From an uncultured Solirubrobacterales bacterium (GTDB lineage: Bacteria; Actinomycetota; Thermoleophilia; Solirubrobacterales; 70-9): a stretch of 64,000 nucleotides of DNA. A model generated the notes under the pieces. It worked only from the letters and a program-made list of their open reading frames with translations. It made no database searches and was not told the DNA's origin. Location: positions 913,152 through 977,151 of the forward strand of contig OY970300.1 of assembly GCA_963716245.1 (NCBI GenBank), in the 5' to 3' direction. This document shows positions 17,102 to 25,575 of this stretch, one piece after another. The position numbers were made by a program, and so were the translations under genes. How positions within the stretch are numbered: position 1 is the stretch's first letter; the number at the start of each line of letters is the position of its first letter.

Positions 17102-17950
17102 GTGGCCGACGACGTCGTACCGGCGCCCGACCCCGGCGGTCCGACGCGCAAGCCGCTGCCGGAGGCGATCGCGGAGGCCCGGGTCCGCGCGCCGACCCGG
17201 GGCAACCGCAAGCTGGAGTCGTTCCTCGACGCCGTCAACGGGGACGAGCAGGTGCGGGCCTGGTGGTACATGGCGCAGGTGCACGCCGAGCGGCTGGCGA
17301 TGTCGGACCACTCGTGGGTCCACGTGCAGATCGTCCTCAACATCGCGCTGCGGGTGCTGCGGCTGCTGGTCAAGGCCGGGGTCGAGCCGGCGGTCGTGGC
17401 CGACCACGGCATGTCGCCGCGCGACGCCGAGGTCGTCGTCGCCGGCGGGGCCCTGCTGCACGACGTCGGCATGTCGATCCACCGTGCCGACCACGAGGCA
17501 TACAGCCTCTTCCTCGCCAGCGGCGCGCTCGACCGCCTGCTCGCCGACGCCTACCCGGAGCCGAAGCGGAGCGTGATCGCCGCGGAGATCCTGCACGCGA
17601 TCATCGGCCACCGTCGCCGCGGCGAGCCCTACACGCTGGAGGCCGGCGTGGTCCGGGTCGCCGACGCGCTCGACATGGCGCAGGGACGGACCCGCATCCC
17701 GCTCAAAGCGGGACAGGAGGGCATCCACTCGATCTCCGCCGCCGCCGTCGACGAGGTGCGAATCGAGGCGGGCGCGGATCGCCCGGTGCGGATCGAGATC
17801 GACCTCAACAACTCGGCGGGCATCTTCCAGGTCGACGACCTGCTGGCGACGAAGATCCGCGGCACGCCGCTGGAGGGCCGGATAGAGGTCGTCGCGCGGA
17901 TCGAGGGCGAGACCGAGAAACGCCTGCTCAGCGGCTTCGAACTGTCCTGA
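17102..17950 (+). CDS. HD-domain metal-dependent phosphohydrolase
   Basis: HD signature (HSWVHV...LLHDVGMSIHRADHE) and a C-terminal domain of unknown function. The GTG at 17102 is chosen because the longer ORF overlaps the rpf-like gene and the hairpin. The start is uncertain. Confidence 0.72.
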   Translation: MADDVVPAPDPGGPTRKPLPEAIAEARVRAPTRGNRKLESFLDAVNGDEQVRAWWYMAQVHAERLAMSDHSWVHVQIVLNIALRVLRLLVKAGVEPAVVADHGMSPRDAEVVVAGGALLHDVGMSIHRADHEAYSLFLASGALDRLLADAYPEPKRSVIAAEILHAIIGHRRRGEPYTLEAGVVRVADALDMAQGRTRIPLKAGQEGIHSISAAAVDEVRIEAGADRPVRIEIDLNNSAGIFQVDDLLATKIRGTPLEGRIEVVARIEGETEKRLLSGFELS

Positions 17951-17953
17951 CGC

Positions 17954-18211
17954 TCAGGAGAGGCGTTCGAGATCGTAGCGCCGCCGTTCCTTGCGCTTCT
18001 CGAGCCTGCCCTGAACCAGCGACAGCACGATGACCAGGAGAGCGAAGAAGGCGATGACGCCGAAGCAGAAGAACGTGACGGTCTTGTCGGTGACCGGACC
18101 GGCCAGGCCGGCGCCGTTTTCGGCCAGCGCGGCCGGAGCCATCGCCAGCAGCGCGATCAGGGCCACCAGCAAGGCGGCGACAAGACGGCCAGGGCGCGAG
18201 CGCGAGTCCAT
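17954..18211 (-). CDS. Small secreted/membrane protein (signal peptide plus one TM helix)
   Basis: High third-position GC; MDSRSRPGRLVAALLVALIALLAMAPAALA, then a TM helix and a basic tail. No family recognised. Confidence 0.6.
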   Translation of the reverse strand: MDSRSRPGRLVAALLVALIALLAMAPAALAENGAGLAGPVTDKTVTFFCFGVIAFFALLVIVLSLVQGRLEKRKERRRYDLERLS

Positions 18212-18351
18212 GAATGGAAACCTATCGCAGGGGCCGGGTGTCCTCCGAGCGGAACTTGTGAGCTTGCCGCGGCTCGACCCCTCCGAGACGGACCGTTGCG
18301 GGTTCCGTCGGGGGACACCCGGCCCTGTCCATAGGATCGGCCCTCATGGAC
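18206..18351. repeat. Pseudo-palindromic divergent control region
   Basis: Arms 18230-18255 and 18302-18325 are complementary at 23 of 24 aligned positions. CCTAT/ATAGG (18221-25 / 18331-35) and GTCCATGA/TCATGGAC (18206-13 / 18344-51, containing both start codons) are also symmetric. Confidence 0.6.
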
Positions 18352-19182
18352 TGGTGGGAAGCGATCCTCCTCGGCGCGGTCGAGGGGTTCACCGAGTTCC
18401 TGCCGATCTCCAGCACCGGGCATCTGACCATCCTCGAGCGGCTGCTAGGCCACTCGACCGACGACCCCGACATCACCGCCTTCACGGCGATCGTCCAGGT
18501 CGGCGCCGTGCTGGCCACGCTGCTCTTCCTGCGCCGCGACATCGCCAAGATGACCGTCGCCTGGGTGCGCGGATTGAGGAGGCCCGCGCTCCGGGATGCT
18601 CGTGACTACCGGTTCGCCTGGGCGGTGATCCTGGGATCGATCCCGATCGCGATCGTCGGCCTCACCTTCAAGGAGGAGATCGAGACGACGCTGCGCAGCC
18701 TCTGGTTCGTCGGCGGGGCGCTGATCCTCTGGAGCGGCGTGATGTGGTTCGCCGACAGCCGCGCGACCCAGCGGCGCCACGAGTCCGACGTGACCTGGCG
18801 CGACACGCTGATCATCGGCATCGTCCAGTGCCTGGCGCTGATCCCGGGCGTCTCCCGCTCCGGGGCGACGATGTCGGCGGGCCTGCTGCGCGAAATCGAC
18901 CGCGTCGCGGTGACGCGCCTGTCGTTCTTCCTCTCGATCCCGGCGCTGACGGGTGCCGGGATCCTGCAGACGGTCAGCGAGTTCGACAACGTCGCGAACG
19001 GGGTCGGCTGGGGGCCGACGCTCGTCGCGACCGCGGTCAGCTTCGCCGTCGCGTTCCTCGCCGTCTCCTGGCTGCTGCGCTACATCGCGCGCCACACCTA
19101 CTCGGTCTTCATCGTCTACCGGGTGGCCCTCGGGGCGTTCGTGCTCGCGCTCGTCGCGAGCGGCGCGGTCGCGCCCAGTTGA
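18346..19182 (+). CDS. uppP: Undecaprenyl-diphosphate phosphatase
   Basis: BacA/UppP motifs (EGFTEFLPISSTGHL, PGVSRSGATM), polytopic membrane protein. Confidence 0.95.
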   Translation: MDWWEAILLGAVEGFTEFLPISSTGHLTILERLLGHSTDDPDITAFTAIVQVGAVLATLLFLRRDIAKMTVAWVRGLRRPALRDARDYRFAWAVILGSIPIAIVGLTFKEEIETTLRSLWFVGGALILWSGVMWFADSRATQRRHESDVTWRDTLIIGIVQCLALIPGVSRSGATMSAGLLREIDRVAVTRLSFFLSIPALTGAGILQTVSEFDNVANGVGWGPTLVATAVSFAVAFLAVSWLLRYIARHTYSVFIVYRVALGAFVLALVASGAVAPS

Positions 19183-19198
19183 GCGCCGGCCGGAAAAA

Positions 19199-19229
19199 GC
19201 GAACGGCCCGGGGCAGGCGGGCCGTTCGC
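19199..19229 (+). terminator. Intrinsic-terminator-like hairpin after uppP (no U-tract)
   Basis: GCGAACGGCCC-ggggcaggc-GGGCCGTTCGC, an 11-bp perfect stem 17 nt after the uppP stop. Confidence 0.6.
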
Positions 19230-19412
19230 GACGAGAGGAGGAATCTCGTGGGACGATTCTGTCGTCGGTGCGGGTCTCGCGGGTGAAAATCCCGATAAGC
19301 CCATCGCCCGGCGAGCCGCAAAATGCGCAGAAGCCAGTGAAGATCCCGTGAACGCGACGCCGCCGCTTGCCGAGTCCGGCTGCCCGCCCACTTACAATCG
19401 CGCCGTCCCACT

Positions 19413-20198
19413 GTGAACGCTCAGCAGAACCTCAGGCTTGCGGTAATCGACGACGACAGCGGCTTCGTCACGGTGCTCACCCGCCGGACGGAGGCACTCG
19501 GCTGGCAGCAGCGGACGCTGGTCGGGCCGATCCCGTCGAGCGAGCTGGTGGCGATGAAGCTGAACGCGCTGCTGATCGACCCGGTCGTCCTCGGAGACGA
19601 AGCCTGGGGCTATCTCGGCGAGGTCTGCCGGATGTTCCCCGAGCTCGCCGTCGTCGTCTGCACGGGCCGCTCCACGGTGGCACAGCGAGTGCGCGGCCTG
19701 CGGCTCGGCGTCGATGACTGGCTCGGCAAGCCCTGCCACCCCGAAGAGGCGATCGCGCGGATCGAAGCCGCGTCGCGGCGACACCGTCGCGGCCGCCCGT
19801 ATCCGGACGCGGGGCCGTTGGTCGCGGGCGAACTCGAGATTCGCGCCGATCGCTTCCAGGCGTACTCGGGCAGCCGCAGCGTCGACCTGACCAAGCGCGA
19901 GTTCGAGCTGCTGCAGCTGCTCGCCGAGGACCAGGGCCAGGTGCTGGAGCGCGAGGCGATCTACCAGAAGGTCTGGGGGTACGCGATGGCCCACGGGGAT
20001 CGATCGGTCGACGTCTTCATCCGCAAGCTGCGCCAGAAGCTGGAGCGCCACTCGCCGGGCTGGCGCTACATCCACACCCACTTCGGCGTCGGCTACCGCT
20101 TCGACCCCGAGCCGCCAGACGGCGCCGCGATCGAGGTCCCGGTCGCCGAGCCTGCGGCCGAGGTCGAGGTTCGCTCCACCGGCGTCCCCTCGGCCTGA
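19413..20198 (+). CDS. OmpR/PhoB-family response regulator (PhoP/PhoB-like by context); no histidine kinase in the window
   Basis: The receiver has an acidic pocket (VIDDD), a phospho-acceptor (LLIDP), T (VVVCTG) and K (LGKP). The winged-helix output domain reads LTKREFELLQLL...VDVFIRKLRQKL...GVGYRF. A TACAAT -10-like hexamer lies at 19393-19398. Confidence 0.9.
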   Translation: MNAQQNLRLAVIDDDSGFVTVLTRRTEALGWQQRTLVGPIPSSELVAMKLNALLIDPVVLGDEAWGYLGEVCRMFPELAVVVCTGRSTVAQRVRGLRLGVDDWLGKPCHPEEAIARIEAASRRHRRGRPYPDAGPLVAGELEIRADRFQAYSGSRSVDLTKREFELLQLLAEDQGQVLEREAIYQKVWGYAMAHGDRSVDVFIRKLRQKLERHSPGWRYIHTHFGVGYRFDPEPPDGAAIEVPVAEPAAEVEVRSTGVPSA

Positions 20199-20218
20199 GG
20201 GCCGCGGCCCGGGCCGCC

Positions 20219-20251
20219 TTCACAGCCTTTTCACATCCTCGACACAGTCGC
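20219..20251 (+). promoter_or_regulatory. PHO-box-like array of three 11-nt direct-repeat units upstream of pstS
   Basis: TTCACAgcctt / TTCACAtcctc / GACACAgtcgc, read directly, 90-120 nt upstream of the pstS GTG. Confidence 0.5.
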
Positions 20252-20340
20252 GTAACAAGCTGCGACGAGGCCGCTGCGAGGCTGCCGCCGAGCCGGCCGA
20301 TCGGGCCGGTCACCGAGCGACAAGACGAGAAGGAGACAGA

Positions 20341-21297
20341 GTGAACAGCACTAAGTGGGCCACGGTCATCGTGGCTGCGTGCATGCTCGCGGTCGGTGTG
20401 GCGGCCTGCGGCAACGACGACGAAGCGGGCGGCACCGGCAACGGCGACCTGTCGGGGTCGATCCGGATCGACGGATCGAGCACCGTCGCACCGCTGACGG
20501 AGGCGATCGCCGAGGAATTCGAAGCGGAAAACCCTGACATCAGGGTCACCGTGGGCACGTCGGGCACCGGCGGCGGCTTCGAAAAATTCTGCGCCGGCGA
20601 GACCGACGTCTCCGATGCGTCGCGGGCGATCGAGCCCGAAGAGATCGCGGCCTGCAAGAAAAACGGCGTTGTCAACGAGGAGGTTCGGGTCGCGACCGAC
20701 GCGCTGACCGTCGTCGTCAACCCGGAGAACCCCGTCGACTGCCTCACCGTCGAGCAGCTCGGCGCGATCTGGGGTCCCGACTCGGATCTCGCGAGCTGGA
20801 GCCAGATCCCGGGCCTTCAGGAGGAATTCGACGAGGAGCTGGCCCTGTTCGGCCCCGGCACCGACTCGGGCACGTTCGACTACTTCACCGAGGAAATCAA
20901 CGGTGAGGAGGGCGCCTCGCGCCAGGACTACAACAACGTCGGCGAGAACGACAACGCGACGGTGACCGGCGTCAGCGGCTCGCCCGGCGGGCTGGGCTAC
21001 TTCGGCTACTCCTTCTACCAGGAAAACGAAGGCACCCTGAAGGCGCTCGAAGTCGACGGCGGCGGTGGCTGCGTCGCCCCCTCGGCGGCGACGGCTCAGA
21101 ACGACGAATACGTGCCGCTCAGCCGGCCGCTCTTCATCTACCCGAGCGCCGAGGCGCTGGGGCGGCCCGAGGTCAAGGGGTTCGTCGACTTCTACCTGGC
21201 CAACGTCAACGAGCTCGCCGAAGCGGTCGGCTTCATCCCGCTCACGGACGAGCAGCTGAAAGCGTCCGAGGACGCGACGGCGAAGCTGACCGGCTAG
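20341..21297 (+). CDS. pstS: Phosphate ABC transporter substrate-binding lipoprotein
   Basis: Lipobox (VAACG), PstS-family core (IDGSSTVAPL...GTSGTGGGFEKF...SDASR) and an AAGGAG RBS. Confidence 0.9.
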   Translation: MNSTKWATVIVAACMLAVGVAACGNDDEAGGTGNGDLSGSIRIDGSSTVAPLTEAIAEEFEAENPDIRVTVGTSGTGGGFEKFCAGETDVSDASRAIEPEEIAACKKNGVVNEEVRVATDALTVVVNPENPVDCLTVEQLGAIWGPDSDLASWSQIPGLQEEFDEELALFGPGTDSGTFDYFTEEINGEEGASRQDYNNVGENDNATVTGVSGSPGGLGYFGYSFYQENEGTLKALEVDGGGGCVAPSAATAQNDEYVPLSRPLFIYPSAEALGRPEVKGFVDFYLANVNELAEAVGFIPLTDEQLKASEDATAKLTG

Positions 21298-21311
21298 GCG
21301 CGAGAGCCCGA

Positions 21312-22280
21312 GTGCCCGAAGTGAACGCGAGGACCGGAGCCGGAGGCGTCGGGGACGTATCCCGGCGGCTCCGGGCTCCCGGCCCGCGCTACGGCGAGAA
21401 GGTCATCCAGGGCCTGCTCGCCTTCTGCGCCCTGCTCTCGGTCCTGACGACGACGGCGATCGTGATCGCGCTGATCGAGCCGACGATCGACTTCCTCGGC
21501 GTCGTCCCGATCGGCGAGTTCCTCACCGGCACGGAGTGGAGCCCGCAGTTCGAGCCGGCCAGCTTTGGGGTGCTGCCGATCGTCGTCGGGACCCTCAACG
21601 TGGCGCTCTGGGCGATGCTCTTCGCGGTCCCGATCGGGCTCGGTGTGGCGGTTTACCTGAGCGAGTACGCCTCGCCCCGGGTACGCAGGACGGTGAAGCC
21701 GGTGCTGGAGATCCTCGCCGGCATCCCCACCGTCGCGATCGGGATCTTCGCGATCACCTTCGGCCTTCCCCACGTGATCCAGCCGCTCTGGCCGGGGGAC
21801 CTCCTCGGCGGCGTCGAGAAACCCTTCATGGCGCTGGCCGCCAGCCTCGGCATCGGCCTGATGGTCGCGCCGATCATCGCCTCGATCTCAGACGACGCGA
21901 TGTCGGCGGTGCCCGGAGGCCTGCGCGAGGGCGCCTACGCGATGGGCGCTTCCAAGATGCAGGTCGCCACCAGGGTCATCTTCCCCGCCGCGATATCCGG
22001 CATCGTCGCCTCGATCGTGCTGGCGATCTCACGCACGGTGGGAGAGACGATGATCGTCCTCCTCGCGGCCGGCTCGACCCCCAACCTGACCGTCCTGCCC
22101 AACGAAGCGATCCAGACGATGACCGCCTACATCGCCGTGGTCGCGACCGGCGATCTCTCGACCGAGTCGCTCGACTACAAATCGGTCTTCGCCGTCGGCA
22201 CCGTGCTCTTCCTGATGACGCTGGCGATGAACCTGGTCAGCATCCGGCTGGTCCGCAGGTACCGCGAGGTGTACGAGTGA
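21312..22280 (+). CDS. pstC: Phosphate ABC transporter permease PstC
   Basis: Six-TM permease with an EAA-like loop (REGAYAMGASKMQVATRVIFP). It is the first of two permeases after pstS. Confidence 0.9.
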   Translation: MPEVNARTGAGGVGDVSRRLRAPGPRYGEKVIQGLLAFCALLSVLTTTAIVIALIEPTIDFLGVVPIGEFLTGTEWSPQFEPASFGVLPIVVGTLNVALWAMLFAVPIGLGVAVYLSEYASPRVRRTVKPVLEILAGIPTVAIGIFAITFGLPHVIQPLWPGDLLGGVEKPFMALAASLGIGLMVAPIIASISDDAMSAVPGGLREGAYAMGASKMQVATRVIFPAAISGIVASIVLAISRTVGETMIVLLAAGSTPNLTVLPNEAIQTMTAYIAVVATGDLSTESLDYKSVFAVGTVLFLMTLAMNLVSIRLVRRYREVYE

Positions 22281-23218
22281 TGGAGCTGGGGGGGATGCGG
22301 AGCGAGCGCACCCGCCTGGCCTCAGCCGGTGCCCGAGCCACGGTCGCCGCCAGCCTCAGCAACCGGCCGCGCCGCGACGTCGTCCTCAACACCGCCTTCG
22401 CCGCGATGCTGCTGCTGGCGGTCCTGATCGCCCTCGCGGGCCTGGTCGCGCTGCTGGCCCAGGCGTTCGTGAAGGGGGCGCCGGCGCTCGGGACCGACCT
22501 CTTCACCAACGTGCCTTCGACCCTGAGGCCGGAGAACGCCGGCTTCCGGCCGGCCATCCTGGGATCGCTGGAGCTGATCGCCGGGGTCATCCTCTTCGTC
22601 GTCCCGGTCGGGATCGGCTCGGCGATCTACCTCGAGGAGTACGCGGACAAGACCAAGTGGTGGAACCGGGCGATCGAGGTCAACATCCAGAACCTCGCGG
22701 CGGTTCCCTCGATCATCTACGGCATCCTCGGCCTCGGGTTCATCGTGCGCGGGCCGCTGGACCTCGGCTTCGTCCTCGTCGCCGGCTCGCTGACCCTGGC
22801 GCTGCTGGTGCTGCCGATGGTGATCATCGCCGCCCGCGAGGCGATCCGCGCGGTCCCAGACTCGATCCGCCAGGGCTCCCTCGCCCTCGGGGCGACCCGC
22901 TGGCAGACGATCCGCCGCCAGGTCCTGCCCGCCTCGATCCCGGGAATAGCGACGGGGGTCATCCTCGCCATCTCGCGCGCGCTCGGCGAGGCCGCGCCCC
23001 TGCTGCTGGTCGGGGCAACCGTCTTCGTCACCTTCGACCCGACGCCGTTCGGCGACGGCTTCTCGGCGATGCCGGTCCAGATCTTCCAGTACGCGACGCG
23101 ACCGCAGGAGGAGTTCCAGGCGCTGGCGTTCGCCGGGGTGGTCGTGATGCTCGGCGTCCTGCTGGCGATGAACTCCTTCGCGATCTGGTTGCGAAATCGA
23201 TACGAGCAGAGGTGGTAA
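22280..23218 (+). CDS. pstA: Phosphate ABC transporter permease PstA
   Basis: The ATG overlaps the pstC TGA (ATGA-type junction at 22278-22282). EAA loop [21 protein letters not shown]. Confidence 0.9.
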   Translation: MELGGMRSERTRLASAGARATVAASLSNRPRRDVVLNTAFAAMLLLAVLIALAGLVALLAQAFVKGAPALGTDLFTNVPSTLRPENAGFRPAILGSLELIAGVILFVVPVGIGSAIYLEEYADKTKWWNRAIEVNIQNLAAVPSIIYGILGLGFIVRGPLDLGFVLVAGSLTLALLVLPMVIIAAREAIRAVPDSIRQGSLALGATRWQTIRRQVLPASIPGIATGVILAISRALGEAAPLLLVGATVFVTFDPTPFGDGFSAMPVQIFQYATRPQEEFQALAFAGVVVMLGVLLAMNSFAIWLRNRYEQRW

Positions 23219-23228
23219 GGGGAATAGG

Positions 23229-24131
23229 GTGAATGAGCAGATGACGCAGGAAGAGAGAAGAGCGGAAAGCGGGCGCGAGACCCGTGAGGCGGCGGCCGAG
23301 CGCGCGGCCATCGCGGTGCGTCCGGAGGAGTTCCGGAAGGGCGGTTCGAGCCGCGAGAAGGTCTTCGAGCTGAAGGGTGTCGGCGTCGACTACAGCGGCG
23401 CGGCGGCCGTCAAGGACATCTCGATGGACATCCGCCGCAACGACGTCACGGCGCTGATCGGACCGTCGGGATGCGGCAAGAGCACGCTGCTGCGCTGCCT
23501 GAACAGGATGAACGACCTGATTCCGACCGCCAACGTGCACGGGGAGCTGCTCTACCACGGCGAGGACCTCTACGGATCGACCGTCGACCCGGTCCAGGTC
23601 CGCAAGCTGATCGGGATGGTCTTCCAGAAACCGAATCCGTTTCCGAAGTCGATCTACGACAACGTCGCCTTCGGGCCGCGCGTCCTCGACCGCAAGGACG
23701 GCCTCGACGAGACGGTCGAGGAGGCGCTGCGGGGTGCCGCCCTGTGGGACGAGGTCAAGGACCGCCTCCAGGACAATGCCTTCGGGCTCTCCGGCGGCCA
23801 GCAGCAGCGGCTCTGCATCGCCCGCTGCATCGCCGTACAGCCCGACACGATCCTGATGGACGAGCCCTGCTCGGCGCTCGATCCGATCTCGACCGGCAAG
23901 ATCGAGGACCTGATGATCGAGCTGAAGGAGCAGTTCTCGATCGTGATCGTCACCCACAACATGCAGCAGGCGGCCCGCGTCTCGGACCGGACCGCGTTCC
24001 TGATGGTCGAGCTGGACGCCGACGAGGACAACCGCTGGGGCCGGCTGGTCGAGTACGACGAGACCGAGAAGATCTTCACCAACCCCTCCGACCAGCGCAC
24101 CGAGGACTACGTCTCCGGGAAAGTCGGTTGA
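23229..24131 (+). CDS. pstB: Phosphate ABC transporter ATP-binding protein PstB
   Basis: [34 protein letters not shown] and the PstB-typical C-terminus ([10 protein letters not shown]). The N-terminal extension of about 50 aa may be shorter; an alternative ATG lies at 23241. Confidence 0.95.
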   Translation: MNEQMTQEERRAESGRETREAAAERAAIAVRPEEFRKGGSSREKVFELKGVGVDYSGAAAVKDISMDIRRNDVTALIGPSGCGKSTLLRCLNRMNDLIPTANVHGELLYHGEDLYGSTVDPVQVRKLIGMVFQKPNPFPKSIYDNVAFGPRVLDRKDGLDETVEEALRGAALWDEVKDRLQDNAFGLSGGQQQRLCIARCIAVQPDTILMDEPCSALDPISTGKIEDLMIELKEQFSIVIVTHNMQQAARVSDRTAFLMVELDADEDNRWGRLVEYDETEKIFTNPSDQRTEDYVSGKVG

Positions 24132-24820
24132 CCGTGGCGGAAGCGGTGCGTGTCCACTACCAGGACGAACTCGACCGGCTCGAGGCCAGCGCGCTCGGCG
24201 GGCTGGACCTGGTCAGCGAGCAGCTGGGCAGGACCGTCGAAGCGGTCGAGCAGCAGGACGTCGAGCTCGCCCAGCGGGTGATCGTCGACGACGACCGCAT
24301 CGACGGCCGCTACCTCGAGGTGCACCAGAGCCTGATCGCCCTGCTGGCCAAGCAGTCGCCCGTCGCGACCGATCTGCGGCTGATCTCGGCGCTGCTGCAC
24401 GTGCTCAAGAACGTCGAGCGGATGGGCGACCAATGCGTGAACGTCTGCAAGCTGATCCCGCTGACCGGCAACGAACCCCCGGCCGACGCGGAGATGCTCA
24501 GCCGCATCGTGACGATGGGCAGGCAGACGAAGACGCTGATCAGCCAGGCCAAGCGGGCCTTCGAGGAGCGCGACGTGGCGATGGCGCGCGATCTCGTCCG
24601 TCAGGACGACGTGGTGGACAAGCTCAACCGCGAGTGCTTCAACCTGGCGCTGCAGATCGGCGACGACGCCGACAGGCGCGAGTGGGCGATGACGATGCTG
24701 CTCGGCGCCCGCGCGATCGAGCGGATCGGCGACAACGCCGTCGACATCGGCGAGCAGGTCGCCTTCGTCGTCACGGGCCTGTTCAAAGAGTTCGAGGACG
24801 CGTCGCATCCCGACGGGTAG
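24128..24820 (+). CDS. phoU: Phosphate signalling complex protein PhoU
   Basis: Two PhoU repeats ([20 protein letters not shown]). The start is TTG 24128 or GTG 24134, overlapping the pstB stop. Confidence 0.9.
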   Translation: MTVAEAVRVHYQDELDRLEASALGGLDLVSEQLGRTVEAVEQQDVELAQRVIVDDDRIDGRYLEVHQSLIALLAKQSPVATDLRLISALLHVLKNVERMGDQCVNVCKLIPLTGNEPPADAEMLSRIVTMGRQTKTLISQAKRAFEERDVAMARDLVRQDDVVDKLNRECFNLALQIGDDADRREWAMTMLLGARAIERIGDNAVDIGEQVAFVVTGLFKEFEDASHPDG

Positions 24821-24823
24821 TAC

Positions 24824-24862
24824 GCATCAGATGCTTGGGTTGGTAGCATCAAGCATCAGATG
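24824..24862 (+). promoter_or_regulatory. Two copies of GCATCAGATG (each containing the palindrome CATC-A-GATG) upstream of / overlapping the vapB start
   Basis: The copies are at 24824-24833 and 24853-24862, the second containing the vapB ATG. A third GCATC lies at 24846. Confidence 0.4.
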
Positions 24863-25090
24863 ACCAGAACGACGCTCAATCTCGATCCGTCCGTGATGCG
24901 CGAGCTGCGCCGACGCAGCAAGCGGGAGCGAAGGTCGATCGGCGAGCTGGCCTCGCAGCTGCTCGCTCGGGCCCTGCGCGAGGAGCGCGACCCCGAGCCG
25001 GCTCCGTTCTCCTGGGTGAGCCGCGATCTCGGCACGCCCGCTGTGGACCTGGAGGACAAGGAGGCGCTCAACGCCTTGTTGGACGGGTGA
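24860..25090 (+). CDS. vapB: Type II antitoxin (VapB-like)
   Basis: 76 aa, TTLNLDPSVMRELRRRSKRERRSIGELASQLL, with a 4-nt overlap with the downstream PIN gene. Confidence 0.75.
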   Translation: MTRTTLNLDPSVMRELRRRSKRERRSIGELASQLLARALREERDPEPAPFSWVSRDLGTPAVDLEDKEALNALLDG

Positions 25091-25518
25091 GCGTCACCGT
25101 CGACGCCAACGTCCTGGTCTACGCCTCGAACGAGGCAGATCCGGTCCACCGAACCGCCCGCCGGCTGGTCGAGCGCCTGGCGGCGGGCCCCGACATCGTC
25201 TACCTCTTCTGGCCGACGATCATGGGCTATCTGCGGATCGTCACCCACCCGTCGGTGCTGCCGCGGCCCCTCGGCCCGAAGGACGCGGTCTCCAACGTCG
25301 AGGCGCTCGTCTCCGCCCCGCACGTCCGTGCGCCGGGCGAGGGCGACGGCTTCTGGCGGCTCTACCTGCAGACTCGCAACGAGGCCGACCGGGGCAACGA
25401 CGTGCCGGACGGGCACCTCGCAGCGCTGATGCGTCAGCACGACGTCGCCACGATCTACACCCGAGATCGCGACTTCAGGCGCTTCGACGGGATCTCGGTC
25501 GAGGACCCTTTCGACTGA
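25087..25518 (+). CDS. vapC: PIN-domain toxin (VapC family)
   Basis: Conserved acidic residues (VTVDANVLVYA; DGHLAALMRQH; TRDRDFRRF), 143 aa. Confidence 0.85.
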   Translation: MSVTVDANVLVYASNEADPVHRTARRLVERLAAGPDIVYLFWPTIMGYLRIVTHPSVLPRPLGPKDAVSNVEALVSAPHVRAPGEGDGFWRLYLQTRNEADRGNDVPDGHLAALMRQHDVATIYTRDRDFRRFDGISVEDPFD

Positions 25519-25575
25519 CGGCCCGGGTCCAGCGGCGCGGGTTCAGATCCGGGCGGGCTGGGAAAATGGACGGCC

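Noticed and set aside
18209-18348. Including the uppP-region arms (GGCCC(C)TG...ATAGG) as further copies of the recurrent CCCTGCGTCC motif
   Set aside because: Only a 5-7-nt core is shared, which is expected by chance in sequence this GC-rich. It is treated as a separate palindrome instead.
21536-23218. 560-aa ORF spanning pstC and pstA; similarly 26264-28597 (777 aa) and 28489-29253
   Set aside because: The N-terminal parts are out-of-frame shadows of the upstream genes. The real starts are placed at 22280 (pstA), 26492 (ppk) and 28636 (DUF47), where the protein-like sequence and RBS or coupling signals begin.
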